A stretch of 64,000 nt of DNA from Thermoplasmata archaeon (GTDB lineage: Archaea; Thermoplasmatota; Thermoplasmata; Thermoplasmatales; Thermoplasmataceae), in contig JAJZJR010000004.1 in NCBI GenBank assembly GCA_021810045.1, positions 18,351-82,350 of the forward strand, in the 5' to 3' direction. This document shows positions 9,067 to 17,663 of this stretch, in pieces. The position numbers were made by a program, and so were the translations under genes. Numbering within the stretch: position 1 is the first letter of the stretch; each line of letters begins with the position of its first letter. The notes beneath the pieces are model-generated. The model was not told where the DNA came from. It searched no databases and saw only the letters and a program-made list of their open reading frames with translations.

Positions 9067-9720
9067 ATGTCAAAATCCAGGCACTATCCTCCTTCTTATA
9101 TGAGATATCAGATCGAACATCCTCCAGTTACAGTTCACCTAAGCAAGAAGGTCAAGGAGAACTTAGATGCTGTCAGGGGAAACAGGTCATACGCGGAAGT
9201 AATCAATGAAATTCTTGATGGAACGTTCAACCTGGAAGATGAGGTTAAGAGACTCCCTCTAAACGAATCTGTAATTTCATACGCACGCGGATTTGAAGAG
9301 GCAGAGGAGCGTTACGCGCAACTGGGCACCTGTCTCAAATGCAAAGGCGAATACAACTACCTCTGGAAAGACGGAAAATGTGACAAATGCCATAAGAAGA
9401 CTGAAGGCCCGGATTTCTCACATTTCAGGGACAAGATACCAATCACATGGATTGATGAGAGCGACTTTGAAAAGGCAAAGATAAAACTTCCCAATCTTGA
9501 GAAGATATCGTATGAAAACGGATACAAACGTGGCTCCAAAGAAGGAAGGGATGCAGGTTACAAGTTAGGTTATGATGAAGCAGAAAAAAAGTTCAAGATA
9601 ACCTATCCCTGTGCCAGGTGTGGAAAGTCTATGGAAATGCACCCAGGTGATGAGGACCATAAAGAGATGATGACATATATGAAGGACCATGAATGGCACC
9701 ATTCTAAATGTTCAAGTTAG
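9067..9720 (+). CDS. hypothetical RHH-like / multi-zinc-ribbon protein
   Basis: The N-terminus VTVHLSKKVKENLDAVRGNRSYAEVINEIL looks like a CopG/RHH strand-helix-helix. It is followed by CLKCK...CDKCH and CARCG...HHSKC cysteine pairs. Confidence 0.5.
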   Translation: MSKSRHYPPSYMRYQIEHPPVTVHLSKKVKENLDAVRGNRSYAEVINEILDGTFNLEDEVKRLPLNESVISYARGFEEAEERYAQLGTCLKCKGEYNYLWKDGKCDKCHKKTEGPDFSHFRDKIPITWIDESDFEKAKIKLPNLEKISYENGYKRGSKEGRDAGYKLGYDEAEKKFKITYPCARCGKSMEMHPGDEDHKEMMTYMKDHEWHHSKCSS

Positions 9721-9869
9721 TAGATGAGACATTATTTAGCTCAAGGGAATGAGTTTAATCGGCGAAATCATTTGTGCAACACTAAATCGTTCCTCACGAA
9801 TGGTGCGCAATAATCTATAATTTAGGCCAGTTTCGTTCTTTCTTTAACTGTAAAAACAAAAGTTAATAC

Positions 9870-11108
9870 TTATCGAGTACGAATATAATTAAGCCATTCT
9901 CCGAGGGTGGGTTTTACTTCCCTGACATACTCCCTTACCTCGCCTTGCTGGGCGAATTTTTTACTGAAGTGAATTTCATCTCCACTTCTTTCAAGCTCAT
10001 GAAGCTTAAGGGCATAAGAGAGAGTTTCTGACATCTCTTCATCCTCCAAGATTTCCTTTATCGTATAAGTCTGAACTATGGTTAATATTAGTTCTTTAAG
10101 TTCAGTAGATCTAAGACTCCTTATAGATTCTAATAAACCTTCTATTCGTTCTTTATCTCCTAAAATGGCTTTAAGGTGACTTATAGTGAGAACATTCCCT
10201 TCAAATGCCTTGATTACTTGTTCTTTTTTTGTGATAATATCACCATTTCCATTTTGCTTGGGTGGAGGCATTCTTCCGCTTCCAAGCGCCACTACATCGC
10301 TCATGAATATTTCTTGGCCATGTGGCCCGCTGAGTGACTTGTACCGGCTTTCTCTTTCAATTCCAGTGGTTATTATAGCGACATCTAGGTCCTTAAAAAC
10401 ACGAATCAAATCCCTTAAAATTGGCTGCATTTTTACAGGGCTACTGTAATGCAATCCAATGGCCGGAATGTGCCCTGAACTCACTGAGGATTTCAAAAAA
10501 GGCGTAACATATTGAAAAGCAGTAAAATCCTCATCGGACGGGTCCAGAAAAATCATAGGATAGGGTGCATTGGATTCTCTGTCGATAACGTATCTCTGCC
10601 ATAGATCTTTTATATCTTCTATTGGTATAAAATGCGGAAAAGTAAGTCCCCAGAACTTTGCTCCAGTGTTTGAGGCTATCATTGCAGAATAATCATAAAT
10701 TCTCTCATATTCTTCTTTTCTTGAAGCTAATACATGTTTTGCTTTATTCTGTGGTCTGACAATGAATCCGTGCAATGGTGAGTATTTCATTTTAGACATA
10801 TGTCGGTCGACTGAGGCATTCAGGCTTACATAACCATTCGTACCCCGCAATAACTTCCTTAGCTCTGTTTCTTTAAGGGTCTTGTCTACTATCGAGACGT
10901 CAGATGAGATCTTCACTATTTCTTTCAATTTTGAATTAGCATTGTATTCTACTGTTGTTGCAGACCTAGTTGGAGATGTTATCTGCTTTCCATCTACGTA
11001 AATAGTTCCCGACCTAAAATAATATGGAACCGACCCCACGTAGTTAATATCTGCACCAGGGGACTCCAATTTGAAATTTATATCTGACAAATCAATCACC
11101 ACGCTCAC
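9870..11108 (-). CDS. hypothetical 412-aa protein, distal gene of a 3-gene cassette (candidate toxin/effector)
   Basis: Long ORF whose start overlaps the upstream Panacea-like gene by 17 nt. No motif I can assign. Confidence 0.6.
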   Translation of the reverse strand: MSVVIDLSDINFKLESPGADINYVGSVPYYFRSGTIYVDGKQITSPTRSATTVEYNANSKLKEIVKISSDVSIVDKTLKETELRKLLRGTNGYVSLNASVDRHMSKMKYSPLHGFIVRPQNKAKHVLASRKEEYERIYDYSAMIASNTGAKFWGLTFPHFIPIEDIKDLWQRYVIDRESNAPYPMIFLDPSDEDFTAFQYVTPFLKSSVSSGHIPAIGLHYSSPVKMQPILRDLIRVFKDLDVAIITTGIERESRYKSLSGPHGQEIFMSDVVALGSGRMPPPKQNGNGDIITKKEQVIKAFEGNVLTISHLKAILGDKERIEGLLESIRSLRSTELKELILTIVQTYTIKEILEDEEMSETLSYALKLHELERSGDEIHFSKKFAQQGEVREYVREVKPTLGEWLNYIRTR

Positions 11109-11613
11109 GTAACTTGTTTTTTCGGGAAAGATACCTATCTCTCACCGCTGAATTTACAGTATAGTCTGGAAACTCTTCGTATACAACTTTCATGATTCCA
11201 TCAGTGCCTTTTTGATCGAGTCTGATTCTAAACTCAACGAGATCCTCCCATACTTCAGGCTTATATTCTTCTCTCACTTTCTCTAGTACATTGTGTCCTC
11301 GACCGTTTAGCCCGATTTTGTTTCCATCGATGGAAAGGACTCCATCACCATGAAGCTCTCTGAGTTTGTTTGCAAGATATCTGCTGTATGGCCCATATCT
11401 ATGCGGGTAGAATGAGATATCAGGGGGATTTATCAGCTTACTCCTCATAGTTTTTAGAAAAAGGAATGCTTCTTTCACGATTAGCGTCCTTCCCCTTATC
11501 GGGATTCCTGTTGTTCCAAGTAACATAACAAGGAAATTCTTAGTTCTATCCTCTAATATCTCTTCCCCTATTTTCTCTATATATTCGTCATAATACTTGG
11601 GGTCGATAAGCAC
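11092..11613 (-). CDS. Panacea/DUF4065 (SocA/GepA)-like protein with C-terminal wHTH-like segment (putative antitoxin)
   Basis: RGRTLIVKEAFLFLKT....FYPHRYGPYSRYLANKLRELHGDGVL resembles the DUF4065 pattern (KLQKLLYF ... F..W.YGP). This is recognised by eye only. Confidence 0.5.
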   Translation of the reverse strand: MLIDPKYYDEYIEKIGEEILEDRTKNFLVMLLGTTGIPIRGRTLIVKEAFLFLKTMRSKLINPPDISFYPHRYGPYSRYLANKLRELHGDGVLSIDGNKIGLNGRGHNVLEKVREEYKPEVWEDLVEFRIRLDQKGTDGIMKVVYEEFPDYTVNSAVRDRYLSRKNKLRERGD

Positions 11614-11657
11614 ACGACCCTCATCGGTTTCATAGGCTGGAATACCAAAATAGTTTG

Positions 11658-12167
11658 TTAATTTCGTGTCATTCCCTCCAATTTTACATAAGCTGATTCA
11701 TCCATTCCAACAAAGCATGTCAATACATATTGCTTTCTTCTGATTTTAATTCTTACATCGAATTCGAAAGGATAAACTGGGATCTCAAACCTTCTCAGTT
11801 CAGCTGATAAACTTCTTGGAAGCCTCTTCTTGAGTTCTGGGAAAAGAAGCGTCATATCACTTAGTGCAGTTATTCTGTAGTAATCTGAGAAAAACTGATC
11901 CCCCATCCAAACTCTGTGCCCGGATATCATAATTGGCTCATTAGTGTCGAACGAATTGCCACAGTCGTGGCAAGCCCACCTCTCTTTTCTTGGAATTATT
12001 AATCCAGAATTTATTTCCTCACCTTCAATGTGGCTCCTGTTTATCTTTATCCTGGAATCGAAACCTGCCTCAGTATGAACCTCATTAGAATTCTTTTTCT
12101 CGAAATTCTCCTGAAACCGTTCAGTTATGTACTCGGTTCTTCCAGAACCACAAATTGGGCAAATCAA
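11658..12167 (-). CDS. hypothetical zinc-ribbon protein, first gene of the 3-gene cassette
   Basis: MICPICGSG ... WACHDCGNS forms a CxxC...CxxC ribbon. It lies 44 nt upstream of the Panacea-like gene on the same strand. Confidence 0.5.
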   Translation of the reverse strand: MICPICGSGRTEYITERFQENFEKKNSNEVHTEAGFDSRIKINRSHIEGEEINSGLIIPRKERWACHDCGNSFDTNEPIMISGHRVWMGDQFFSDYYRITALSDMTLLFPELKKRLPRSLSAELRRFEIPVYPFEFDVRIKIRRKQYVLTCFVGMDESAYVKLEGMTRN

Positions 12168-12502
12168 CTTCTTTACCTCGTCCTTCAGGGAAGTATTCTC
12201 GATGTCTGAATTCTTTATGAGTATGAAATATATTCTAACCTCAGACTGCGTTTTTTGCAGGATTGGAAATTATGCTTTAGAATTTCTAAGGCAACTTTTC
12301 GAACACAGTCATATGTTTTAGTGATGTTCATTTATAAATATTATCATATGTATTATAGAGGCAAGAATGAGATTAGTTCAGAAGTTGCAGATTATACTCA
12401 TTAAGAAACAAAGTGAAAAAGTAATTCACATAATGGGGGGCGATAAGGCTTACACTTGAAAAGGAGCCGCTGACTTGAATATATTTAAATGCATCATTCA
12501 AC

Positions 12503-12787
12503 ATGTGCATGCACATGCAAAGGAATCTGACATTGAAAGTTGATGATGAACTCGTAGAAAAGGCACACAGGTACGGCATCAACATCTCTAAATTCCTTGA
12601 ATATGCACTGGACAACGCTTTCAAGCGTGGTTTTGAAGATCTCTCACAGAATCAGGAAAATTCAGAATGGACCGGTCGGGATTTGAACCCGAGGCCTCCT
12701 GCTTGCAAAGCAGGCGATCTACCGCTGATCTACCGGCCCTTCCCAATAAAGGGATCAGGGAATCGGTTCTATAGTATTAATTTTTGA
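12503..12787 (+). CDS. RHH (CcdA/VapB/CopG-like) small protein whose 3' part runs antisense through tRNA-Ala
   Basis: RNLTLKVDDELVEKAHRYGINISKFLEYALDNAFKR is a typical archaeal RHH antitoxin/regulator sequence. An AT-rich TATA-like ATATTTAAAT lies at 12481-12490. There is no stop before 12787, so the tail WTGRDLNPRPPACKAGDLPLIYRP is the antisense translation of the tRNA. Start could be ATG 12503, 12509 or 12515. Confidence 0.5.
   Translation: MCMHMQRNLTLKVDDELVEKAHRYGINISKFLEYALDNAFKRGFEDLSQNQENSEWTGRDLNPRPPACKAGDLPLIYRPFPIKGSGNRFYSINF
12668..12739 (-). tRNA. tRNA-Ala (anticodon UGC)
   Basis: Reverse complement: GGGCCGG TA GATC AGCGGTA GATC G CCTGC TTTGCAA GCAGG AGGCC TCGGG TTCAAAT CCCGA CCGGTCC A. 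This gives a full cloverleaf with a G3:U70 pair (the alanine identity element). CCA is not encoded. Confidence 0.9.
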
Positions 12788-12878
12788 CGATCAATCTTTA
12801 TGAGGTAATTTGATAAGATAACCCCAACCAGCCGAACAAACATAGTTTATTAATCCAAAATAGAAATCACATTGTCAT

Positions 12879-13616
12879 ATGTTTCTTGTCAAGCTTGGTG
12901 GCAGTGTCATAACAGTCAAGGGAAGATACCGTTATTTCAGGCCCAAGGCTGTACAGGAAATAATAGGGGAACTGAAGAAGAAGGGCGAACCCTTTGTACT
13001 CGTACATGGCGGAGGATCCTTTGGGCACATCAAGGCAAAGGAATATGGAATTCCCGGAGCGATTACAGAAGTCAGGAAAATGGGTTATTCCATCATCCAC
13101 CGAGACATGGTTGAACTGAACCAGAGGATCATAAATTCTCTTCTTGATAACAAAATAAGGGGAGTTGGTGTGCCTCCAGCCTCCTTTAACGGGGATCTGG
13201 AGAAAATAACACAGGCAATGAAAGAGCACATGGAGGCAGGGCTTTTTCCTGTTTCATTTGGGGATGTTTACATAAACAAGGCGGAGAACAGGTTTGAAAT
13301 CGTGTCAGGAGATGATCTTGTTCTAGAACTTGCCAGGGTTCTCAGGCCAAGGGAAGTATATTTCCTGACAGATGTGGATGGAATATATGACAGGAACCCA
13401 AAGAAGCATCACGATGCTGTACTTCTTAGAGAGTTGAATGACACTGCAACCTTTGAGCATGTGGGCACTGATGTCACCGGCGGAATGCTCAAAAAAGCCA
13501 GTACAGTAAGAGATATTGCAGGACTGGGAACTACAGTTTATGTCCTAAATGGCAATGTTCCCTCAAGGTTAAACCAGATCAATTCAAAGAACTTCATTGG
13601 AACAGTGGTTAAATGA
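12879..13616 (+). CDS. isopentenyl phosphate kinase (amino-acid-kinase fold)
   Basis: MFLVKLGGSVIT...VLVHGGGSFGH...VSGDD...TDVDGIYDRNP pattern. It sits immediately upstream of type-2 IDI with an ATGA overlap. Confidence 0.85.
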   Translation: MFLVKLGGSVITVKGRYRYFRPKAVQEIIGELKKKGEPFVLVHGGGSFGHIKAKEYGIPGAITEVRKMGYSIIHRDMVELNQRIINSLLDNKIRGVGVPPASFNGDLEKITQAMKEHMEAGLFPVSFGDVYINKAENRFEIVSGDDLVLELARVLRPREVYFLTDVDGIYDRNPKKHHDAVLLRELNDTATFEHVGTDVTGGMLKKASTVRDIAGLGTTVYVLNGNVPSRLNQINSKNFIGTVVK

Positions 13617-14662
13617 TAGAGAACAGGAAGGAAGAACACATACGCATAGCGGAAAATGAAAAAGTAGATACTGACCACAATTACTGGGACGATATTCAGG
13701 TACTTCATCAGGCCATACCTGAGATAGATTTTGATTCCATAGACACAAAGGCCAGATTCATCAGCCACGAGATAGGATACCCCATGATCATTTCCTCCAT
13801 GACAGGAGGAACAGATCTTGCAAAAAAGATCAATTACAATCTTGCCACCGCAGCCGAAAAATTTGGCCTTCCAATGGGTGTTGGCAGCATGCGTGCAGCT
13901 GTGGAGAAGAAAGAGCTTTCAGACACGTTCTCCATAATTCTTGAGAAGAAAGTGCCTGTGAGAATAGCAAACGTGGGTGCACCACAACTTATCAACCAGG
14001 GAAAGAAAGCCTTCACGGACAAGGACCTTGAATACATATTCAATCTCATAGATGCAAATTACCTCATCGTCCACTTCAATTTCCTCCAGGAAATGGTTCA
14101 GCCTGAAGGTGACAGGAATGCAAAAGGCATAATGAAAAGACTTCAGGACGTCGCATCCAGTTATCCGGTAATTGCAAAGGAAACCGGGAATGGCTTTTCC
14201 AGGGAGGCCGCTCTCCAGCTCAGGGATGCCGGAGTCAGGGCAATTGATGTGGGTGGCCTTGGCGGGACCTCATTTGCTGCCATAGAATATTACAGGGCCA
14301 GAAAAGCAGGCGATGAGGAAAAAATGAGATCAGGGCAATCCTTCTGGAACTGGGGAATACCAGCACCTGCTTCTGTGAAGTACTCTCAGGTAGGCATTCC
14401 GGTCATAGGGAGCGGCGGCCTCAGGAACGGCCTCGATCTCTTCAAGGCAGTTCTCATGGGTGCCAGTGCGGGAGGATTTGCAAGAACACTGCTGAAAGGG
14501 GCTGACAATTCGGAGGAACAGATCCAGAAAGAAATATCCTATATTCTCAGGGACTTCAAGACTGCAATGTTCCTTTCAGGTTCCAGGAATCTCAAGGAAA
14601 TAAAAAAGGCAAGACATTTCATTAAGGAGCCTTTAAAATCCTGGCTTGATGTATATGACTGA
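13613..14662 (+). CDS. fni: isopentenyl-diphosphate delta-isomerase, type 2 (FMN-dependent)
   Basis: 349 aa. RKEEHIRIA..., SSMTGG, AKETGNG, DVGGLGGTSFA and GSGGLRNGLD are typical of IDI-2. Confidence 0.9.
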   Translation: MIENRKEEHIRIAENEKVDTDHNYWDDIQVLHQAIPEIDFDSIDTKARFISHEIGYPMIISSMTGGTDLAKKINYNLATAAEKFGLPMGVGSMRAAVEKKELSDTFSIILEKKVPVRIANVGAPQLINQGKKAFTDKDLEYIFNLIDANYLIVHFNFLQEMVQPEGDRNAKGIMKRLQDVASSYPVIAKETGNGFSREAALQLRDAGVRAIDVGGLGGTSFAAIEYYRARKAGDEEKMRSGQSFWNWGIPAPASVKYSQVGIPVIGSGGLRNGLDLFKAVLMGASAGGFARTLLKGADNSEEQIQKEISYILRDFKTAMFLSGSRNLKEIKKARHFIKEPLKSWLDVYD

Positions 14663-15203
14663 TGAAAATATGGATGAGGAAATACCCAGTGAGTTTCAAA
14701 CTGAAACACCATGTCCTTCCTGCGGGGAAAAGCTTTACTTCATATTCTACAGGACAAAGGTAAGTTATGAGGAAGCAGTTGAAATTGAGACTTTCTTCTG
14801 CAAGAAGTGCCTATACAAATCATCCCAGATAAGGCCTCTTGAAAAGGAAACCCCAAAGAAACTTGTACTGGAGATCAGGAATTATGATGATCTCAGGACA
14901 ATTCTATACCGGTCTCCTGAAGCAAAGATTGAGATCCCCGAACTTGAGGCTGAAATTGAACCCGGTGAAATTTCATCTGGAGAAATTACCACGATTGAAG
15001 GAATTCTTACAAGGTTGCTGGAAAAACTTGATCTCTTTGACGAGGAAGATGTTGATCTGGAAAGCCTCAACAGGGTCAAATCACACATACAGGCAATAAT
15101 CAATGGAAGTGGGGAACATTTCACATTTGTTATGGATGATCCTCTGGGAAAGAGCAGGATAAACAGCAGCAGGGTCATCATTCTTCATAAGTCTGAGGAC
15201 TAG
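14646..15203 (+). CDS. ZPR1-type zinc-finger protein
   Basis: CPSCGEK...CKKCLYK ribbon followed by a ZPR1-like beta domain (IEIPELEAEIEPGEISSGEITTIEGIL). The start is ambiguous (TTG 14646, ATG 14649 or ATG 14655) and overlaps the IDI stop. Confidence 0.7.
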   Translation: MMYMTDENMDEEIPSEFQTETPCPSCGEKLYFIFYRTKVSYEEAVEIETFFCKKCLYKSSQIRPLEKETPKKLVLEIRNYDDLRTILYRSPEAKIEIPELEAEIEPGEISSGEITTIEGILTRLLEKLDLFDEEDVDLESLNRVKSHIQAIINGSGEHFTFVMDDPLGKSRINSSRVIILHKSED

Positions 15204-15292
15204 TTGATTTACTCTCTAAAGGTATAGAAGAACTTCCTATGTACGTGTATCTTTTATATACCCTCCAACAATGATCCGTCGGAGTATTTAGC

Positions 15293-15520
15293 ATGACAAT
15301 AACGGACTCGGCACTCTTGGCAATTGCGGCTGCAATCTCAATAGCCGGAGGTCTTATCGGTACAGGTATGGCCCAGCAGGGTATTGGTGCAGCAGGTATG
15401 GGAATAATCGCAGAAAAACCCGAGAAATTCGGTCAAGTTCTAGTATTCTTCGTGATTCCAGAGACACTATGGATTATTGGATTTGTTCTAGGTATCATCC
15501 TTCTCAGAGGAATTCTTTAA
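15293..15520 (+). CDS. atpK: A-type ATP synthase subunit K (proteolipid c)
   Basis: 75 aa forming a two-helix hairpin. It is Gly/Ala-rich with the conserved carboxylate in VIPETLWIIGF. First gene of the atp operon. Confidence 0.9.
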   Translation: MTITDSALLAIAAAISIAGGLIGTGMAQQGIGAAGMGIIAEKPEKFGQVLVFFVIPETLWIIGFVLGIILLRGIL

Positions 15521-15529
15521 AGATAGAAC

Positions 15530-16093
15530 ATGTCTCTTGAGGAAATACTTAGGGATATAGAGCTTCGAGGGAAGCAGGAACTGGATGAGCTTAAGCTCTA
15601 TTATGAGAAGAAGATCGCGGATCTTCAGGCAAAGCAGGATCGTGCTATAAGTGCACAGAATGAGAAAATCAGGAAGAGCACCGACGACGAGAAACGTTCT
15701 GCCGAAAGAACCATCATAAGTTCTGCTGAAATGGAAGCACTTAATATTCTCAGGAGCAGGGAAGGTATCCTGGTAGAGGAAGCAGCATCAAAAGCTGAAC
15801 TTTACCTTAAGAATATGAGAGATCGCAAGGATTATTCTGAAATTCTTGCCAAGATGGTTGACATATCTAGAAAGACACTGGGAAATGACTGCAGGATATT
15901 CGTTTCAAAGGAGGATTCCTCCAAGGTAACTGCAGATGGATCAAAGGTTGTTGTGAAAGAAGTTGATCCCTTTGGTGGCATTAAGGCAGAGTCATCTGAC
16001 GGTTCCAGAGAACTGGATCTTACAGTTTCTGCCATTGTTTCTGAACTAAGGGAAAAAATTACTTCACAGTTCTACCAGTATTTAGGGGAGTAG
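15530..16093 (+). CDS. atpE: A-type ATP synthase subunit E
   Basis: 187 aa with a coiled-coil N-terminus and globular C-terminus. It occupies the position between K and C. Confidence 0.85.
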   Translation: MSLEEILRDIELRGKQELDELKLYYEKKIADLQAKQDRAISAQNEKIRKSTDDEKRSAERTIISSAEMEALNILRSREGILVEEAASKAELYLKNMRDRKDYSEILAKMVDISRKTLGNDCRIFVSKEDSSKVTADGSKVVVKEVDPFGGIKAESSDGSRELDLTVSAIVSELREKITSQFYQYLGE

Positions 16094-16096
16094 TTT

Positions 16097-17161
16097 ATGG
16101 ACCCGACATACACGGGGGCTTACGGAAGAATCAAGGTTTATGGGACAGAGTTTCTCTCTGAAGACTTTCTTAGCCGGCTTGTTAACTCAGCCAATGTTGA
16201 TGAGATATCCTCCATGCTCTATACAACATTCTACAGAGAAGACATGGACCTGTTCTCAGCCCTGAACAAAGGCATAGACCTCCTGAATATGGCAGTTAAC
16301 CACAGAATTATCTCAAGAAACAGGATATCACTTTTTGCCGCTCCAACACCAGGAAGAGAGACAATAAGGGCATACCTTTCAAAGTGGGATATTGAGAACA
16401 TAAAGTCAATCATATCCTCAAAGTACATGGGATATGAGATAAAGGAATCAGAAAACTTCCTCATCAGTTTCAGAGACGTACCGATTGGTATGTTCAGCGG
16501 AGCGATGACTCATGATGATTTCAAGAACCTCCTGACGCTTGGCTCAATTGATGAGGTTGTAAACAAGCTTTCCAATTTCGGATATGGGCAGGAACTTCTC
16601 CAGTACATGGACAGGTACAGGAAGAGCGGGGACATCGCAATTCTTCTTGCAGCTCTGGACAGCCTTTATTATTTCAGACTTCACAATTCACTGAAATTCT
16701 ACAATGGTGATGAGGGCCCCATAAGGAGGTTCATAAGTGAGGAAATTGACGTAAGGAATATCATGGTCATTCTCAAGGGCGTGGATATGTCAGTAGAGTT
16801 TGACAGGCTCAAGGAGGCACTTATACCAATGGGAAACATTTCGCTGGCAGCACTGCAGGAGATATATTCTTCAGGCCTGCTGGAACAATCAGTCGAAAAG
16901 CTGAAGGCATATTACCCGGGACTCGAGGAGGCCTTGAAGGATTACTACCAGAACAGGAGGCTTGAAGTGTTCGAAAGCCACATGCGGTCGGAACTTTACA
17001 GGAAATACATGGCTATCTTCTCGCAGCAGTCACTTTCTGTTGGTTCGGCATTCCATTTCATCATGCGATCAGAGAGGGAAAGGGAACGCCTGAGAACAAT
17101 TGTATTCGGCAAATACTATGATCTCTCACCGGAGAGCGTTAGGACACTGGCATCCCTTTAG
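16097..17161 (+). CDS. atpC: A-type ATP synthase subunit C
   Basis: 354 aa helical protein in the operon position between E and F. Confidence 0.85.
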   Translation: MDPTYTGAYGRIKVYGTEFLSEDFLSRLVNSANVDEISSMLYTTFYREDMDLFSALNKGIDLLNMAVNHRIISRNRISLFAAPTPGRETIRAYLSKWDIENIKSIISSKYMGYEIKESENFLISFRDVPIGMFSGAMTHDDFKNLLTLGSIDEVVNKLSNFGYGQELLQYMDRYRKSGDIAILLAALDSLYYFRLHNSLKFYNGDEGPIRRFISEEIDVRNIMVILKGVDMSVEFDRLKEALIPMGNISLAALQEIYSSGLLEQSVEKLKAYYPGLEEALKDYYQNRRLEVFESHMRSELYRKYMAIFSQQSLSVGSAFHFIMRSERERERLRTIVFGKYYDLSPESVRTLASL

Positions 17162-17170
17162 GTGTGATTT

Positions 17171-17539
17171 ATGGCAGCAGTTAGTGAAAAGGTTGGAAAC
17201 ATCGCAATAATAGCAGAGAGAGAACTGGTGCTGGGGTTCAGGCTCATAGGTGTGGAGCATTCCTTTATTGCAGAGAAGGAGGAAGGCGTCAAGAAACTTT
17301 ACGAGCTCCTCAACGAAAAGAAATACTCTCTTATCATGGTTTCAGAAAGCATTAAACACTATATGGACAACAAGACCCTGAGGTTCACAGACACTTCCAC
17401 AGATCCGGTTGTTGTATTCATTCCGCTTCCCGGAGGAGTTGATCCAGAATCGGTGAATGCACTTGCAAAGAGGGTCCTTGGTGTGGATATTGGAGGACAG
17501 CAGGCTAGCTCTCAGAAAAAGGAATCGGAGGTGGCCTGA
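17171..17539 (+). CDS. atpF: A-type ATP synthase subunit F
   Basis: IAIIAERELVLGFRLIGV...VVVFIPLPG is typical of subunit F. There is a short Ser/Gln/Lys-rich C-terminal extension. Confidence 0.85.
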   Translation: MAAVSEKVGNIAIIAERELVLGFRLIGVEHSFIAEKEEGVKKLYELLNEKKYSLIMVSESIKHYMDNKTLRFTDTSTDPVVVFIPLPGGVDPESVNALAKRVLGVDIGGQQASSQKKESEVA

Positions 17540-17663
17540 TAGTGTTAAGTTCACTCTTTACATTACAAAATGAAAAATTCAAGTTAAGGATAGATGAGCA
17601 ATCGTCTATATTCAGGAAATGCAAGCAGGAAATTAAAAATCAGTTTGATTTAGAGGTTTGAAG

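Noticed and set aside
12127-12624. ORFs 12127-12321 (+) and 12373-12624 (-) in the AT-rich spacer
   Set aside because: They are short, lie in a promoter-like AT-rich intergenic region, and give compositionally implausible peptides. The minus-strand ORF is antisense to the RHH gene.
12867-13229. 120-aa minus-strand ORF and 80-aa plus-strand ORF overlapping the IPK gene
   Set aside because: The IPK frame has clear amino-acid-kinase motifs. The alternatives are shadow frames.
15252-15260. TATA-like box TTTTATATA upstream of atpK
   Set aside because: The position is plausible (about 33 nt before the ATG, with GGAG between). However, AT-rich 9-mers are common in these spacers, so it is not listed as a feature without transcription-start data.
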